Assembly: GCA_037379345.1 (NCBI GenBank)
Contig: CM074512.1
Span: forward strand, 47,389,597 to 47,453,596
Direction: 5' to 3'
Origin: Perna viridis
Taxonomy: Eukaryota
DNA: 64,000 nt
In this document: one piece after another, positions 12,970 through 28,000 of the stretch
Layout of the letters: every line of letters begins with the position of its first letter
Position numbering within the stretch: the first letter of the stretch is position 1
Program-made: the position numbers and the translations under genes
The notes under the pieces: model-generated
Seen by the model: the letters and a program-made list of their open reading frames with translations, nothing else
The model's database searches: none
Told to the model about the DNA's origin: nothing

Positions 12970-15260
12970 TTAATGTCTTCAGACATATTGAGACGTCTTG
13001 AGACATAACCACACGTCTTGAGACATGGTTTTGATTCTTTTGTGTCTCTAGACGTTTCAAACAAATGTCTTGAACACATTCCTGAAATCAAAAAATGTCT
13101 CCGAGACACACGAAAACAGTTTTGTTCGTGCCTTAAATACACGATGTCAAAAAATGATCAGTAGCCTCCAAAATGGATTTTAAACTTATTTCAGTGAATT
13201 GGACCATGTCATATCTTGAAGATGCATTAGAAAAAAATAACTAAAGGCGTCTTATAGATTTCACACAGTTCGGAAGTGAAGATAGGAGAAAGACTTTTCG
13301 TGTTCTTGATATACTTTACAATAAGCCCTGAGAAGTAGTGCCATCAGCAATGAGGACCAACAGACAATAAAGAAAAAACAAATGGAAAGCAATTTTTCTC
13401 GCATAACTTTTAATGGTAGTAGGTTATTCCAACTTGAACCATGCAAAAATTAACTGGCCACCCTGACAAAACTGTTGAAGAATGAATTTAAATCATGTAA
13501 TTTCAAATATCCTTCTTTCGGAAACACCGGTCGTTAAAATTCAAAAGTATATACTTTATATTTGAAAAAGACTTTTAAACAATATTTGATTTTACTCTTT
13601 CCATTCAGAAAGTTACATATTTTCAGTTTCATGTCCCGGTTCATTAATCTGGTTCCATAGTCAATATCATAAATATATTTTAGCGATCCTAGGGTTTATG
13701 ACATTGCATATGTAATTTAGTCGACATCACATTATTAACTAGTTGGTCGACTTTGTTACGTGATAAACATTTGTCTTATAGAAGTATGAAAACAAAAATA
13801 GGTCACGCGGACGCTGTAAATGATTCGATTCAAACGAAGATTGGTTCATCTGTAAAGTAGTGCATGATATACTTATATGTATTTTCTCTTAAGTGTTATC
13901 TCTGAGTGTAGACGTATTTCGCATTAACTTCCTTTCCGGAAAAGTTTTTTTTATCTGTATGGAAGTAAACTGAGGTTGACATGCCGAAGATCAGAAACGT
14001 TGCAATGGGAGGCAATGAAACAGAAATTTGAATAGATTATTACAAAATACAAAAAGTACCAGTTTTGTATATACAAAAAATATATTTAACTGATACACAT
14101 ATAATAGAAGCATTTCAGATTTTTTTTGGTATTTGGAGGTGTATTCTACACACTTCAACTTGTTTCAGTCAATCTTCTTTTTTTCTCGCATATAATAAAA
14201 TATTTCACTGTGTTTTCCTTCTTTATACTTCATTGGTACTCTAATTGCTAAAACATGGAATTTTTTTTTACATGTTTTATATATCTATTCGGATAAAAAA
14301 ATAATAAAACAGTAGGTTTTCTGGGTTGATTTAATCTTGCTATCATGTGCAATGTACATTTCTTTAGATTTTTGGCCTGGATTTTAAACTATGGAGTTCA
14401 GCTAAGTTTATACATATTCTCATTATATTTTGAAATCAAATTTTATGTCATATGCATGTATATGTTTGATTTCATTAAAAATTAAGAATTATGAAATGAG
14501 GTTATGCGGATTTAAACCTATCTTTAAATTGGGATGTTTAGTCATAAAAATTAATGTCATCTTTCAAATTTTTGACCTAATTCAATAAGGCCCCACTACA
14601 CCAGGTGGTTGCCTTAAAGTGATTACTCTGTCCAACCGTCCGTCTTTGCGTCCATTGCAAACCTTTGTCCAGGCTGTAACTTTTTCGCCTTTCAATGTAG
14701 GATTTTGATATTTTTCATTTTGGTAGATCACGTAAAGACGATGAATAATGGCCTGTGACCTGTAAATTTGACCTTAAGGTCAAAATCTTGTTTTTTTTTT
14801 TTGGATGACAAACTTGTGTCTGGAATATATTTGCTTCCATATTTCTTTCTCAACTTGTACATATTTCTATTGAATATGAGTGCCCCATTAAAAATTGAAA
14901 ATTTCGAGTTTTTCGAAACTTTTCCTAAATCAATTTTGTATATATGTCTTAATTGCCACTACGGGGCCCACAGAGATTGAGACAGGGGGAAGTGCACTCA
15001 CTAAAATCGGCAAAGCATTGGTCGAAATAGTAAAAAAATGCAAAAATATGTAATTCAAGTAATACATCAAATACGGTGTTATATAAGCCCCCATGCGTCT
15101 ATTTCATAGGGCTAATCAAGATTTTTTTATGTTTGTTAAGCTCTCCTAGATAACTAGAAGCACTTATGTGTAAAGCTGGAGCTGTATTTATTTAGAAAAA
15201 AAACTTTAGCTTTAATGAATAAAGGGATATGTATCCTGCAGCAGGTGACTACATATGTCT
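12970..15260 (+). repeat. Second copy of the interspersed element found at 25027-30921
   Basis: 12970-13630 aligns by eye with 25040-25890 (GTCTTGAGACA motifs, CGGAAGTGAAGATA, CATGCAAAAATT(A/G)ACTGGCCA); 14880-15260 aligns with 30175-30620. Confidence 0.65.
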
Positions 15261-16529
15261 TACAGATGCAGTGTCTTAAAATATTAAGGTAATGTGCGTG
15301 TATTTTGTTAAAGCCAAAATCTTCAGATAGACCTTGCACTGCATAATCAAAAAGCACATCATTCAATTTCACCTGCATGTGTTATAGTTTTATGAGTCAT
15401 TTAAACAACTTGTATTTTTCAGTACTACTAGACCCATATATTTGTGTAATGGCTAAATCAGATAACTAGCAAGTCCCATCCTTATTAAATGCAATGCTGG
15501 GAAATATTCTAAATAAACAAAAATTGAAGACTTTTGGTAAATAACATTTTTATCATCTATTGTAAACTTAGACAAAAACAAGTATATTACAGTTTTCAGC
15601 ATGTGTTGTTAATTGAAAATATGTGTATTATGTATATATTAAATGACAAACAATGATATGAATACATCGGTTGAAATTAGGTTTTTGTACTGTTTACAAG
15701 TAACATATTGTAAACAAGTCTTATCTTAAAAAAAGATAGCCAACTGAGTAAAACTTGTTCTTTTTACTTGCAACTTTCTACATTTCATTCAGGAAATAAC
15801 TGCATCGGAAAAAAGAATACATGTTACAAGTATTTGTTGGTACATACAATGTATGTGTAGCATGCAATACCTATACTTTATCTGTTGTTCCATAATTATA
15901 AACTGATCCAAAAAGTTCAAACCTTAAGTTAGTAACATGAAAATAAACATACATTACACAGAAAAAAAAGGTAAATTATCAGGGCTATGAGCTCACGGTA
16001 GATTCATACCTATTTATCATTAACTAACAGAGTACAAAGAACATTTTACAAATATTGTACATCAGTTTTCAGTAATTACATTACTGTATAAGATCTATTT
16101 GATATAAAATATGAAATGAATTAAATGATAGACATACTTTTTATTCAAACAACTTAAGAATCATTGCCAATAGTTTGTAGTACATCTATTACCAATGATT
16201 CTAAATTAATGTTTTCTTCAAAAGTTTTTTTGAATAAAAAGTACAATATAACAGATCATACAAGTATAATAAGTATCAGGACTATTCAGTGAAATAGATA
16301 TTTTTACAGAAAGACTAATATCTACATTCTATATTATATTCTTATAATCTGCTGCATCATATTTCCTCAATTTGGCATTAGGTACCGTAGAGAAAATGTT
16401 TCTGCAAAAGATATAAATATATACACACAGTCTAATTAAAATTAGCCTCTCCGATTTTTATTTGATACATCAAAAATAAAAAAAAAACGCAAGGTCTAAT
16501 TTTAATTAGACTGGATTGAAGCCATCACT

Positions 16530-16899
16530 ACAGAAGTTTTATGGTCGTTATCATGAACTCGTGTATTGTTACGGTGTATCCATCTGCGCCATGAAAACGG
16601 ATTTGTTTAACGGGTCATAGTATTTCTTTCCTCTTTCGTCTACCGCGGACGTGACTTTTTATGAGCAACTCGGTGGGTGTTTCTAGAAAAGCAGAGGACG
16701 CTTACCCTACCGGTGCACCTGGTCCATGCTTCAATTTTTTAGTGGAGTCCGAGTTGCTCATTTGCTTTTGTTACTTTGTATGTATGGTTTTAGTTACTTT
16801 ATGTTCTTTGTTGTGTATGTCTGTTTTCCATGTCTGGTATTTGTTCCTGGATTACATTGTTTTGATTACCGCTATAACCTTGGTTCCCTTGATTATTCT
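16530..16899 (+). mobile_element. 3' fragment of a Penelope-like retroelement
   Basis: Encodes the ORF tail KFYGRYHEL...YGVSICAMKTDLF, followed by the GAGCAACTCGG...CCGAGTTGCTC module and the terminus CTTGGTTCCCTTGATTA(C/T)TCT; related copies at 38289, 40561 and 56790. Confidence 0.7.
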
Positions 16900-17199
16900 T
16901 AGCCAATATCTTGAAAACCATATTAGATAGAAAAAAAATCAATTGATGAAAAGATCTTAACGGATAAGGCGTATATAATTTGTTTGAAGTTTGAAGTTGT
17001 AAGGTAACATTTTGTAAGAGTTAATGCCCTTGAAAGGCAAAACATGAACCAGGTGAGCAATTCAGGCAACTGGTAGCCTCCTGTATTGTTATTCACTACT
17101 GTGATTAGCAGGATTGGCAGTTTATGTGGTAGCAATTAATGTACATCTTGTTTTAGCTTAGCTTGACCAAACCATTGGTTGATAAAGTTATTTATAAGA

Positions 17200-18694
17200 A
17201 TGGAATGACTCATAGCCAAATTACTATGTGAGGGAAATGTTCGTGGTTTATCCTGTCTTTCGAACCATGAGTTTTTCGTTTAAAAAATATAGCATTTATA
17301 TTGCTTTCCTTTGGATCCGGTGGAAACTAAAACAAACTCAAATATGACGTTTGGAAGATGTACATCTGTACACCTGTCATTGCAAATTTGATAAATTCTT
17401 TTGTGTTTTCTACGTTTGCAATTCTATGATCTGCGTAGTTTGTGTTGAAATTCGCCATTGCGGCATTCATATAATAGTATACGGCATCAATCGCATTGCA
17501 TAATGCATTGTAGATGCCTGAGACAATTCCTAGTCTGTCCTGTGACAAATCCGAGATTACCACAGTGACTCTTGTCGAATAGCTGAATTTCCATTGATTG
17601 TATTGCCTCATGTTTTCTTTGAGTTGCTCATGACCACGCGCCTCTGTTGTCTCTCGGACCATGCAATAAACGCGAGCGTTTGTTTGATCAAGTAGCTCAG
17701 ACAGTAAATATGCTCCAAAGAAACCAGTGATCCCATATATCAAAACGTTTCTAGGATACTTAAGGTTGCTATTAGCAGTACACAAAGCAAAATAATGACA
17801 TTGAGTTGTTCTTCGAGTGTCATACTTTGAATATTAAATTGAGTCTATCTGCATCTTTCAGAATCAATTCTCGTGGGTTGTGTTTTTCCTTTGTAGTGCA
17901 TTGAGACGTTTTCCTAAAGACATCCTTTTTGCGTTTAATGACTTCAGCAAATTCGTCGATTGTATCTGCTCTGCCCAAGTCTGTGAACGAATTTTGTAGG
18001 CGTAAATTTCTTCAAGTAGCCGTTGAAGGAGTACTAAATGTAACAAATTCCCTCCTAGCTCGGTGAATGAGCTCTGTCGATGAAGAATGTAGGCAAACGA
18101 TTCTTCAAATTGCAGAAGACTACACCACATTTTGGCGATTGACAGCTGAATTTAATTGAGATAACTAGCTCCTACGTACTGCTGTTCATGTATCGACTTA
18201 TCTTTTTCTAGTAGATTTCTGTCATTTTTTCCGTTGATTGTCAAAGGATAGTCCGTTATCTCGAGTTTCCTGATGTATGTCGGTATCACATATTTTGGTA
18301 CGACTTTCGTGAGATATTCGCTCAATTCGTCCGTGAAAACAAATAAAGGTGAAACATAAGCTGCAATACTATGTTCTTTAAGCTTCTGTCATCTATGTAC
18401 AATTACTAGAGCGATGTCGATTTTAGGATGCTTAATAAGAACGTATTCAAGTTCAATCTGGTTGACCCTTTGACCTCTTATCTTAATCATATGATCTAAT
18501 CGTCCAATATATTTCAATGTACCATCCTCGTCCAGAAATGCATGGTCTCCTGTCTGTATAAAAGCGTGTTACCAGTTAAAAAAATATTCTTGCTGAATTT
18601 ACCATCGTCGTAATGTCATGCCCAATGTAAGCTTTATACAGTCCTAATCCTCCTACATATATATATCTCACCTACGACACTAGGAGGAACCGGT
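17200..18694 (-). pseudogene. NRPS-like reductase, copy 2 (end of A domain, PCP, reductase), 5'-deleted
   Basis: Colinear with 6392-7980: YVGGLGLYKAY, GRLDHMIKIRGQRV, FTELGGNLL, GITGFFGAYLL, NFNTNYADHR; frameshifts present; fused at 18694/18695 to sequence matching 9944 onward. Confidence 0.9.
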
Positions 18695-20074
18695 AGTCTA
18701 GCGGCTGTTGTAGTAACGTGGCTTTATGTTTACTCGACAATCAAATAATGCCGGTCAATTTTGGTTACATCATAATGTCGTTTACTCCGAGATCGTGTGG
18801 AAACTTTTTCACAAAAAAAGCAGTTCCTGAAGGAACATTTTGCAAACATGAAGTTATCAGCATGAGATTTAATTAGGTAAATAAAACAAAGTTAGAAAAA
18901 GTGTTGAAAAGGCCCAAATTCTTGGATCCTTATTTTCCTGCATTTTAAACCACATTTTAACATTTTTTTGTTCTTCAATGTTTCCTCATCGGTGTTTTGA
19001 TTAGATTATAAGAGTAATGACCATGAATTATGTTGAATGTAGGCTAAGTCTATACGGTTACACAATCATATTAATGTGCTTAAAGATCTTTTTACGTGAA
19101 AATGCATTGTTATAAATTATCAAACGTTTACTTGTTCACATAACTGTAATACAGAAATCATTCTACTATATATAAATCAATTTGTACATCATTGGTCACA
19201 AAGAAAACGTCTTAAACAAAAGGGTAATCATTGACAAGCTAGGGTTTCCAATATTGTTATTGATGAAGCAAACTATGTGTCTTAGCGGGGTGATGGCTTC
19301 CTTGAACAATATCTGGACATTGTACAAGTAAGGTCACTTGTTTCCAAAAGCACTGTTTGCAACTGTAAAAGTTAAATAAAGAAAAGGATAATTAAATTAC
19401 TTCGTATGATATCCTGTGAGCTTGTTTAGGGTATCGATAATCTAATATTAAACTTGGGGTAAGAAGAAACCTGGTGTATTTGGTGGAAAAAGTAGCGGAT
19501 TTATACGATTCGATCTCTTGATGGAAAAAAAATTGGACAGTAAAATAGAATTTTTTTTCCAAAACAGAGGTAATTAAAATGGCGTTGATGTGATCATGAG
19601 ATACTCCAGCATTGCTCCAGGTTGTCTGGCAAGCTATTTCCGTCTTGTTACCAGCAATGCTTTATGCTTTTTCTGAATTGGTTGCCTGGAGCATCTGACA
19701 TGTTGAAAGTCACCGCAAATTTGTTTAGATCAAACACGTGTGTTAAAATATTTTATGTCTTTTGAAGTTTAACCTACTGGTAATTAAGAGAAAACATCAT
19801 TAAATTTGGTTAAATCCAAAGTTTTCAAAGTGGCCATCCATTTTGAACAAGGTCACTAGTTTTACGGATGCAAAGTATTTTTGGCGAAACGAAACTGTAA
19901 TTGGTAAGGAAATTTAATGGCTTATTCTAAATTTTCGTCTTGCAACTAAAAATGCGCAAATTTGTTAACCGGATGTTACAATGCAAATTGCTGAAAATCG
20001 AATGTAAAGTTCATTTAAACTGCTTTTGCAAAGGATTTCCAGAATTGCAGGTGTTTTCTTATCAGGTAGTATTT

Positions 20075-21765
20075 ACAGCGCTCACCAGACCCAAAGGGCC
20101 ATGTGAGCTATTGTCATTACATCAGCGTCCGTCGTCGTCAGCAAACTTTTCTTCAAATGTCTTCTTCTCTAAAACTTCTCGACAGGTTTTTACGGGTATA
20201 CTGCACAGAAATTGCGTATCGTTTTTTTGATCCGTTTAAAACATGACCGCCATGTCTATTTATAGAACATAGAGATAAAGCCACTTATTTCAAGGTATAT
20301 CTCAAAAACTATGAAGGATAAAAAAATTAATATGAAGGAAATCTTCTATCTTTGGTTAAAAGAGCTCTACAAAAGTTTCCAATGAGATGAAGTTGAAGGA
20401 CGACTCTTTATTAGAGTAATTGGCCTTGAAAGTTGTATGCAGTATTTAATCTTGAAACCATATTAGAAACAAAAAAAACCTTTCTATTGATGAAATGATC
20501 TTTACAATAAGGCATACAAAGCCTCCATGGGTTTAAGTTTTAGGAAGACTTTTTGTTAGAGATATTAACCTTAAAAGGTGAAAAATGATGTTTTTACAGT
20601 TTTTAGCAAATATCTTAAAAATCATAACAAATAGAAAAAAAAACTTTCGTTGATGAAATAAATTTATATGATAAGGCCTGCAAAAGTCTATACATGGGTA
20701 AATGTTGTGGAACGTCACTTTTTAGAGTAATATAACCTTGAAAGGTGAAAAAAGTCGTTTTATGCAGTTTTTAGCCAATATTATGAAAACCGTGTTAGAC
20801 AGAATGAACCTTCGACGATGAAATTATCTTTACAATAGTTTTCATAAGGTCAAAGATGAGGAAAACTCCTTTTTATTGTTATAGCCCTTGAAAGGCAAAA
20901 AAATGTCGTTTTTTGTAGTTTTAGCCATTGCAATGAAAATCATAATATATAAAAAAAACTAGATACACTGTGAGCAAGATCACAAAGAAAATAATCCCTG
21001 CTTCGAATGGACTTAAATATTGAATGTATAACCCTTAAGTTCAATTATATCCATTTAAAGTCACCCAACAGTAACTATATTTCTTCATGCACATTTACAT
21101 ATGATGTCATACCCTCCTACAAGATTTCATCAAACTACCTTGAGCGGTGTAGGGAGAGTTGTGCCTACAAATTTTTAACATGTAAAAGCCTTAAACTGGA
21201 TCATCTCCTTTCGAAGTCCCCCGACAGTAACCATATCCCTTTACACATTTTAATATATGATGCCCAATCTTCCATTTAATTTTTATCAAAATCCATTCAG
21301 CAGATTAGGGGGAGTTGTGCTTTCAAGTTTTAAACTTAACATGTAAGACTCTTAAGCTGAATACTGAATTACTTCCCTTGGAGTCATTCATTAGTAACTA
21401 TATTCCTTCACGCACATCTACATACGATGTCAAACCTTCCTTTAAGATTTCATCAAACTTTCTTTAGCGGTGTAGGTTGAGTTGTGCCTACGAATTCTTT
21501 ACATGTAAAAGCCTTAACCTGGATAATCTCCTTTCGAAGTCCTCCGAGTGTAACCAGACAGAAATATAGACGTAATGAATCATATGTACGTCCCCAAACT
21601 TTATTTTCGGGGGGTATAAAAAAAAACCTTTATGAAATAATCCTTATGCTAAGGCCTACAAGTCTCCTTGGGTTGAAGTTGTGAACGACTATTTGTCAGA
21701 GTTATTGCACTTGAAAGATTGAAACCGAACCAGTTAACAATTTAGGCTCCCGGGAGCCTCTAGAT
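20075..21765 (+). mobile_element. HINE element with tandem internal repeats and a second HINE-like element nested at ~20958-21620
   Basis: 5' GCTCACCAG...GTGAGC, GTCCGTCGTCGTC microsatellite, repeated CCTTGAAAGG units and 3' palindrome GGCTCCCGGGAGCC. The nested element ends in the CCCCAAAC...GGGGGTATAAAA hairpin. Confidence 0.7.
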
Positions 21766-22076
21766 TTGTCATGCAACATTTTTTACAAGAAAGTTTTGGT
21801 GAACTAATTATGCATATAATTTTATAAAATTGAAAAACGTACAAAGCAAAAACCGCCATAAAACAAAATACTTCAGTTTTTTTAACGTTTGGAGCAAAAT
21901 TGGAACAATCTACCTGGCGGCATTTTCTCAGTTCATTCATTTGAAATGGTCACTAGCAATTGCTTCAATTTCACATAACCAAAACAAACATTATCATTTC
22001 TTGATGAACACATTTTTATTGAAATATGGCAATAGAATGAAAATAGGGTTAATGGAATTTTACTTCTTTATAAACG

Positions 22077-25000
22077 TCACTTAAGAGATTTCTGTTTGAC
22101 TAGAAGTCCTGTTACAAAAATAATAACCGCGATAAATTCACAAGCTGCCATGAAGTAGAAGGACGTCACATAAGTTCCTGTTACATCTCTCAGATACCCT
22201 ATAAAAGACAGGATTTTATTCAAACTAATTGAAAGCCACAGACATTATTATACAAGTTGAGATGAGAAATAATTGGAAGGGTATAGTTCAAGTTATTAAC
22301 TTGTTAACTGATATAACAAAATTACATAATTGCATGAATTTCTGTTTTTTTTTCAATTTTGAATAAGATAGGGTAAATATTTGCTTTAATGATAATTTGA
22401 AAACCCCAATAAAAAGTTTAAAAGAGCTATAGTTTATCATTTTCCGCTATTTCGTTAATTCTGTTACATGTATGTGCTAGTTCACACTGTAGATTTGCAC
22501 TATAAGGATATGTAATATTTTAAGTGGTTATACTTTTTCCATCCTATATAATATTCTGACAAAACTAGATCACTTAGTATAAAATCATATGCAATTTCTT
22601 GCTTTATTTAGGTCGATCCATGCTCATGTTTTAGGCATCGTTGCAAAATATGTTTGTACTACTATGCTCATGTCAAGCTCCAACTTAATTGTTTCTTGTC
22701 TTTGTTAAGTTAATAAAATTTAGCGAATGAAGACACACTACTTATTTCATTGGCAATTTAACTAATACTTAATAGTAAATAGGTTTCAGTGCTAATTATA
22801 GCTTGTTACACACATTATTTACCTATTAACGGCGCAGATGTTCCCAGTGATAAACCTTGTCCTAAAATAAGGATTCCCATTGCAGACCTGAAGTTTTCGA
22901 TACCAAGAAAATCAGCAACAACTGACGGTGTCATGGCAAAAATTCCTCCAGCACACAGTCCCGCTGTTATTGCTAGAAGAATAAAATGCCAGTATTCTGT
23001 GTAAAACGGTGAGATAGCTAAGCAAATACCAGTAGCAGCCATGGTTATTATAATTGCTTGGTGATTTTTCACAATGTTTCTATCGGTAATTATTCCATTA
23101 AGCAGCCGTCCTAGGAAGTCTGATGCATTTACGAGGGACACCAAGCTTGCAACTTTTTCTGCACTGACTCCTTGGTCTTTTGCAAATGGGGCAATGAATA
23201 TGATAATGTATGCAGAGCCAATGCTTCCAAAAAAGAAAACAATCAGATAAACTGGCATAAACCAATTTTTGAAGAGACTTAAATCAACCAAAAACTTTAA
23301 CTTTTCAGTACAATTGATGGATGCTTCACTTTCAAAAGAATCTTGAGAACTACATAGGTCAGTCCGTAGTTCAGTAAGAGATATACTGGCCATGTCACTT
23401 TCGCCTAACAAACGGGTGATGTTAGAGCTCGATATTTTATCTAAAAATCCTGTCAATGATCCAGAATGTTTCTGACATTCTAAATTTTGATCAGAAATGA
23501 AAGTTTTTTGCATATCGTAAAGGTCATTTCTCTTGTCTGATTGGTTATGCTGACTTTCACTATAACTTCTGTCCCTTTCTTTTCTTAACAATGGCTTTTG
23601 TAACACTTTAGTGTCGCCCTTGGCTCTAAATTGTAATACAATATTTTCTTTTCTGTCGTTCAATTGGTCTTCAGAATCTTTCTCCCGTGGTCCAGCAGGA
23701 TATGTTTTTGAAACTTTCGGTCGGAGAAGGAGAGCAAATACGATAATATGTAGCTGTATTCCCCCAGTTATTAACATGCCACCGCGGAGTCCATATTCTT
23801 TGATTAGATACGAATAAATTGGCGGGAAAATAAGTCCACCAAAACTAAACCCAGCAACTACAATAGCTTGTGCCAAGTTACGTCTTTTTACAAAGTACAG
23901 TCCATTGAGGTAGGTAAGAGGTCCGTGTGTAAAACCAAATGCAATTCCTGCAAATAAAACTAACAGTATGTAGCTTATGAAATATAAAAAAATTCTAATA
24001 AACAATTAGAAAATTTACATTCTTTGATATTGTTCTTTGAACTAACACAATCTCTGATTCGTTCTTTTCTTTTGTAAAATCTCTATGTGTATTCTATTTC
24101 TTTCGGAATCCAATTAAAGCAGACGTTTTTTTACAACATTCATCGTTCATAAACAGCGTCATTCTTGACAAAAAAATCAGTTTCTATTATACATGGAATA
24201 GACGAACTAGTATACCATAGCCAATGACCCACTGATGACTGAACGAATCTTACCAATCATAACTCCGTTGGTAATGATAAGAATTCCAACAGATCCAGCA
24301 AAACTCCCAGAGATGAAGGCAAGACTTGCAAGTAAACCTGTGATGGTACAGAACTGTCTTGTGGAGAAATAACGTAAACCAATAGTCATTGTCGGCAATG
24401 CTGAAGAGGATACAAGGAAGTGTGATCAACAGTTAGTCAGAAAGTAACTTTTTTTGTATTTTCATTGGTTTTGTTTTGAATTGACCACATTTTATTCCTT
24501 GTTTTTGATATTACATTGCAAATTGTTAATAGTTGTTATTTACTTTTTAAGTTAAAGTAGAATTTTTTCTTAAAAAGGTGAAAGTTTTACTAAAATACCA
24601 GTAACACAAAGACTTACAGAGTATACTATAAGTTCCCTGAAGAACACCTGGAATAACAGCAGTTACGGACGACTGAGCCCCAAATTCATCTACGAATCCA
24701 TTGAAAAACACACCAAACCCTTTTATTATAGCACCAAATGTACAGAAAAGGCAAGCAGCAGCTGAAATTGAAAATTATAAAGACTTTCAACTGAAATTAT
24801 AACGTCCATTGCATGTTTTGGCATGTTTTATTTTACTTTTCATGATGTTAGAATGTCCGGAAATGACATATAAATCCCATGAAAGGCCATTTGTTGATCT
24901 AAAATCTCACTACGTATTTAATATGAATTTAGGCTATGCCTATTATGGACAGAGTGCATTCTTTGTTTACGATAAAATCGGTCATGTTGTTATGGGCGAA

Positions 25001-28000
25001 GTCTCACTCGGTGAGGAGAATGTGTCATAGCAAATAACCTCAGTGTCTTGAGACACAACCGCACGTCTTGAGACATCTTGAGACACAACCACACGTCTTG
25101 AGACATAACTGGAAAGTCTTGAGACATGGTTTCGGTCAATTATTTTGTGTCTTGAGACGTCTCAAGACATGTGTCTTGGAAACATCCCTGAAATCAAAAA
25201 TGTCTTCGAGACAAATATTTTTATTCGTGCCTTGAAGACAAAATGTCAAAAAATGATCATGGGCCTCCAAAATGAATTTTAAACTTATTTCTGTGAATTG
25301 GACTACTAGTATGCCATGTCTTGAAGACGTGTCTTGCAGACAAATGTCTTTAAGACACGGCAAGTGTGTCTTGAAAAACGTGTCAAGATGCATTAGAAGA
25401 AACATTATCCATTACTAAAGCCGTCTTATAACTTTAGAGTAGGTTTTCATACAGCTCGGAAGTGAAGATAAGATTTCAAGTCTTCTTGAGGTACTGTACA
25501 ATAAGCTCGAAGAAGTCGTGCCAGGATGATCAAAAAGGACCAATGCAACTTAAAAGAAAAGTCAAAGAAAATGAAAAGCAATTTTCATAGCATAACTTTT
25601 CATAATTTTTTTTTCTATTTGCTTTGTGGACGGTACTTTACTCATATCTGCTAGTAGGTTATACAAACTTGAATCATGCAAAAATTGACTGGCCACTTGA
25701 TGAAACTATTGAAAATGAATTTAAATCGTGTAACTTCAAACATCTTTCTTTCGAAAACACTGTTCGCTAAAATTCAAAAGTATGCATTTTTTAATTTTAA
25801 GTAGACTTTTAAACAACATCTGATTTTACTCTTTCATCATCCACTCAGAAAGATACATTTTCAGTACAGTTTATGTCATGGTTCATGTGAAACCCAGAAT
25901 TTGTTGAAAACGCCACGCTCAATAAAACCTGAAGTGTCTTCGTGAAATGTCACTTTAACCAAAACTGAGCTGGAGTCTACAAATGTCATATTACACCTTT
26001 GTGGAATTCTTGGACATTAGAAAGTAGGCTTGCTTTTCCTGGTACATGTATATATGCTTTGATATGGCATTACACTAGATATTCAATTTGTCCCACTTTG
26101 GCAAACTGTCTTTGTTTGGTATAATTATTTACCGTAACGATGTCACCAACTTGGAAGCAATAATTATGGTATGGTCTAAAATGTGTAACCCGTACCCAAA
26201 TACTATTATGCCAATTTCCTACTCATTACTGGCTATTTCCAGCTGAAAGTTGGTGCACATTTACGAAAGGCAGTGGCTGCTCGTCCATGCATTCAAGGAT
26301 GAGAAGCCTCTTGAGACTAATCGTCCACACATCTGGTTTGCGCCAATAATGTACGGAATCGTGACGGAAGTGCCTAATTTACGGAATAAATGTTGAAATT
26401 GTGTGAAATTCATTTCTTTATTGTAAAAAATATACAACTGCATAAATCAAAGTACTCATGTACTGAATCAATTTATATCGATCGTTTGAATTTTTATGCC
26501 TTAAATAATCGCCAAATTGCAAAAAATTGGGATGACAGGAAAGTACAGGAATCGCATTCAAACGTATCTCAACACAAGCTTAATATTCTTACAAATGTTT
26601 AATACTGAACTATTTGTTTTTATTTTTTTTAATTTACCTTTCTGATTACGAAACATACACACACAAATGCGTTATGCATCGTAGCAGTGCGCCAGTTTGG
26701 GTAATATCCAGGTTCAATATCAGTTTACATGGATCACCTAGATGAAAGTTACAAAACTCTCGGATTTAGTGCATAATTGAGCTACAAACTACTAGCTGGT
26801 TATGCCCTCTCTTTTTTAATTTTGACGTCGAAATTTAATTTATCGCCCTCCAGGTCGAAAAAAGTCTGTTAAACCATTCAAACTTAATCCACAATCATTG
26901 AAATAAATCATATCCTGAGATACATGTTCTCTCAACTAGCTACATTTCTCAGTTGATAAGCTTTATAGCTGAAGTGCTACAAGTTATTCCATAGACATCT
27001 ATGTGGCATATAAAAGCACTTAGTTTCTGGGCACTTAGCCCCAGAGACACGTACATTAACATGAACGATGTCTTATTATATTATTTGACCAATCGTGTCT
27101 GGAGCAGGAAACATTATGGCATAGAATTTTAAGCCCTTGACCATCTACAGATCTATCATAATAACATACAAATGGCCAGTATAGCCAAATAGAATGGTTA
27201 TTTCTAAAAAAAAAATAATAACACCAGACCCAAAAAAATGACACAATTCCGGAGAAATGCATTATAGAAATTCTATGCCATCACCTATGCGAAATTTCAT
27301 TTTTTTAGTCATCTGCAGGCGTCCGATGTTATGATGCGGTAACAGTAATGAAAATACACGATATCGTGGGTGATACTTCAGGGTGGTTTCAGGGGTTAAG
27401 CTACTTTTTGCCAAAAAAAAATGGCCAAACGATGAGGGCAAGTAATAACCTGAAACCCCTTTCTTCATACAAGTTTCATGGTAGCGGAACTACTACCCTT
27501 TTTATACGCCAGGGCCTGCATAAAATACCTGAAGACAGCTCTTCCAATTGGTACTCAGCATTCCTCTTTATATTTCAATATTATGATTGATGACTATAAT
27601 CTCGCAAGGTTTTCATTTCTAGCTAAACATCAAATGGTTTATTATGCGTCTTAAAAAATATAAATTGACAACTTGAATATATCAACACTAAACGACTGGT
27701 TTAATCAGGTAAATGCATAGAAATAAACAGGTACAGTACTGATAAGAGGTTAGAGGTCAACTATTTATAATTGGATCGTTGTTAATTAACACAAACCAAA
27801 TTAATCAGCATATTTAGTTCGCAGTAAAAGTTGTTAATTGGGGTTGTTTATTGGCGTGAAAAGCATAGAATTAAATTTGATATATTAGGAAAACCTACTA
27901 AGTGGACATTACTATCTGCATTTGAATCTGAATGTGGAATGTCATTGGGACTATTTCCCTGCGGTAGTGAAAGATAATTGCAGATGATATCAGGTTTTAC

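Noticed and set aside
16661-16930. Conserved 80-90 aa hydrophobic ORF (MSNS.GVSRKAEDAYPTGAPGPC), also at 56847
   Set aside because: The similarity reflects copies of a repeat's non-coding 3' region; there is no evidence of a real protein.
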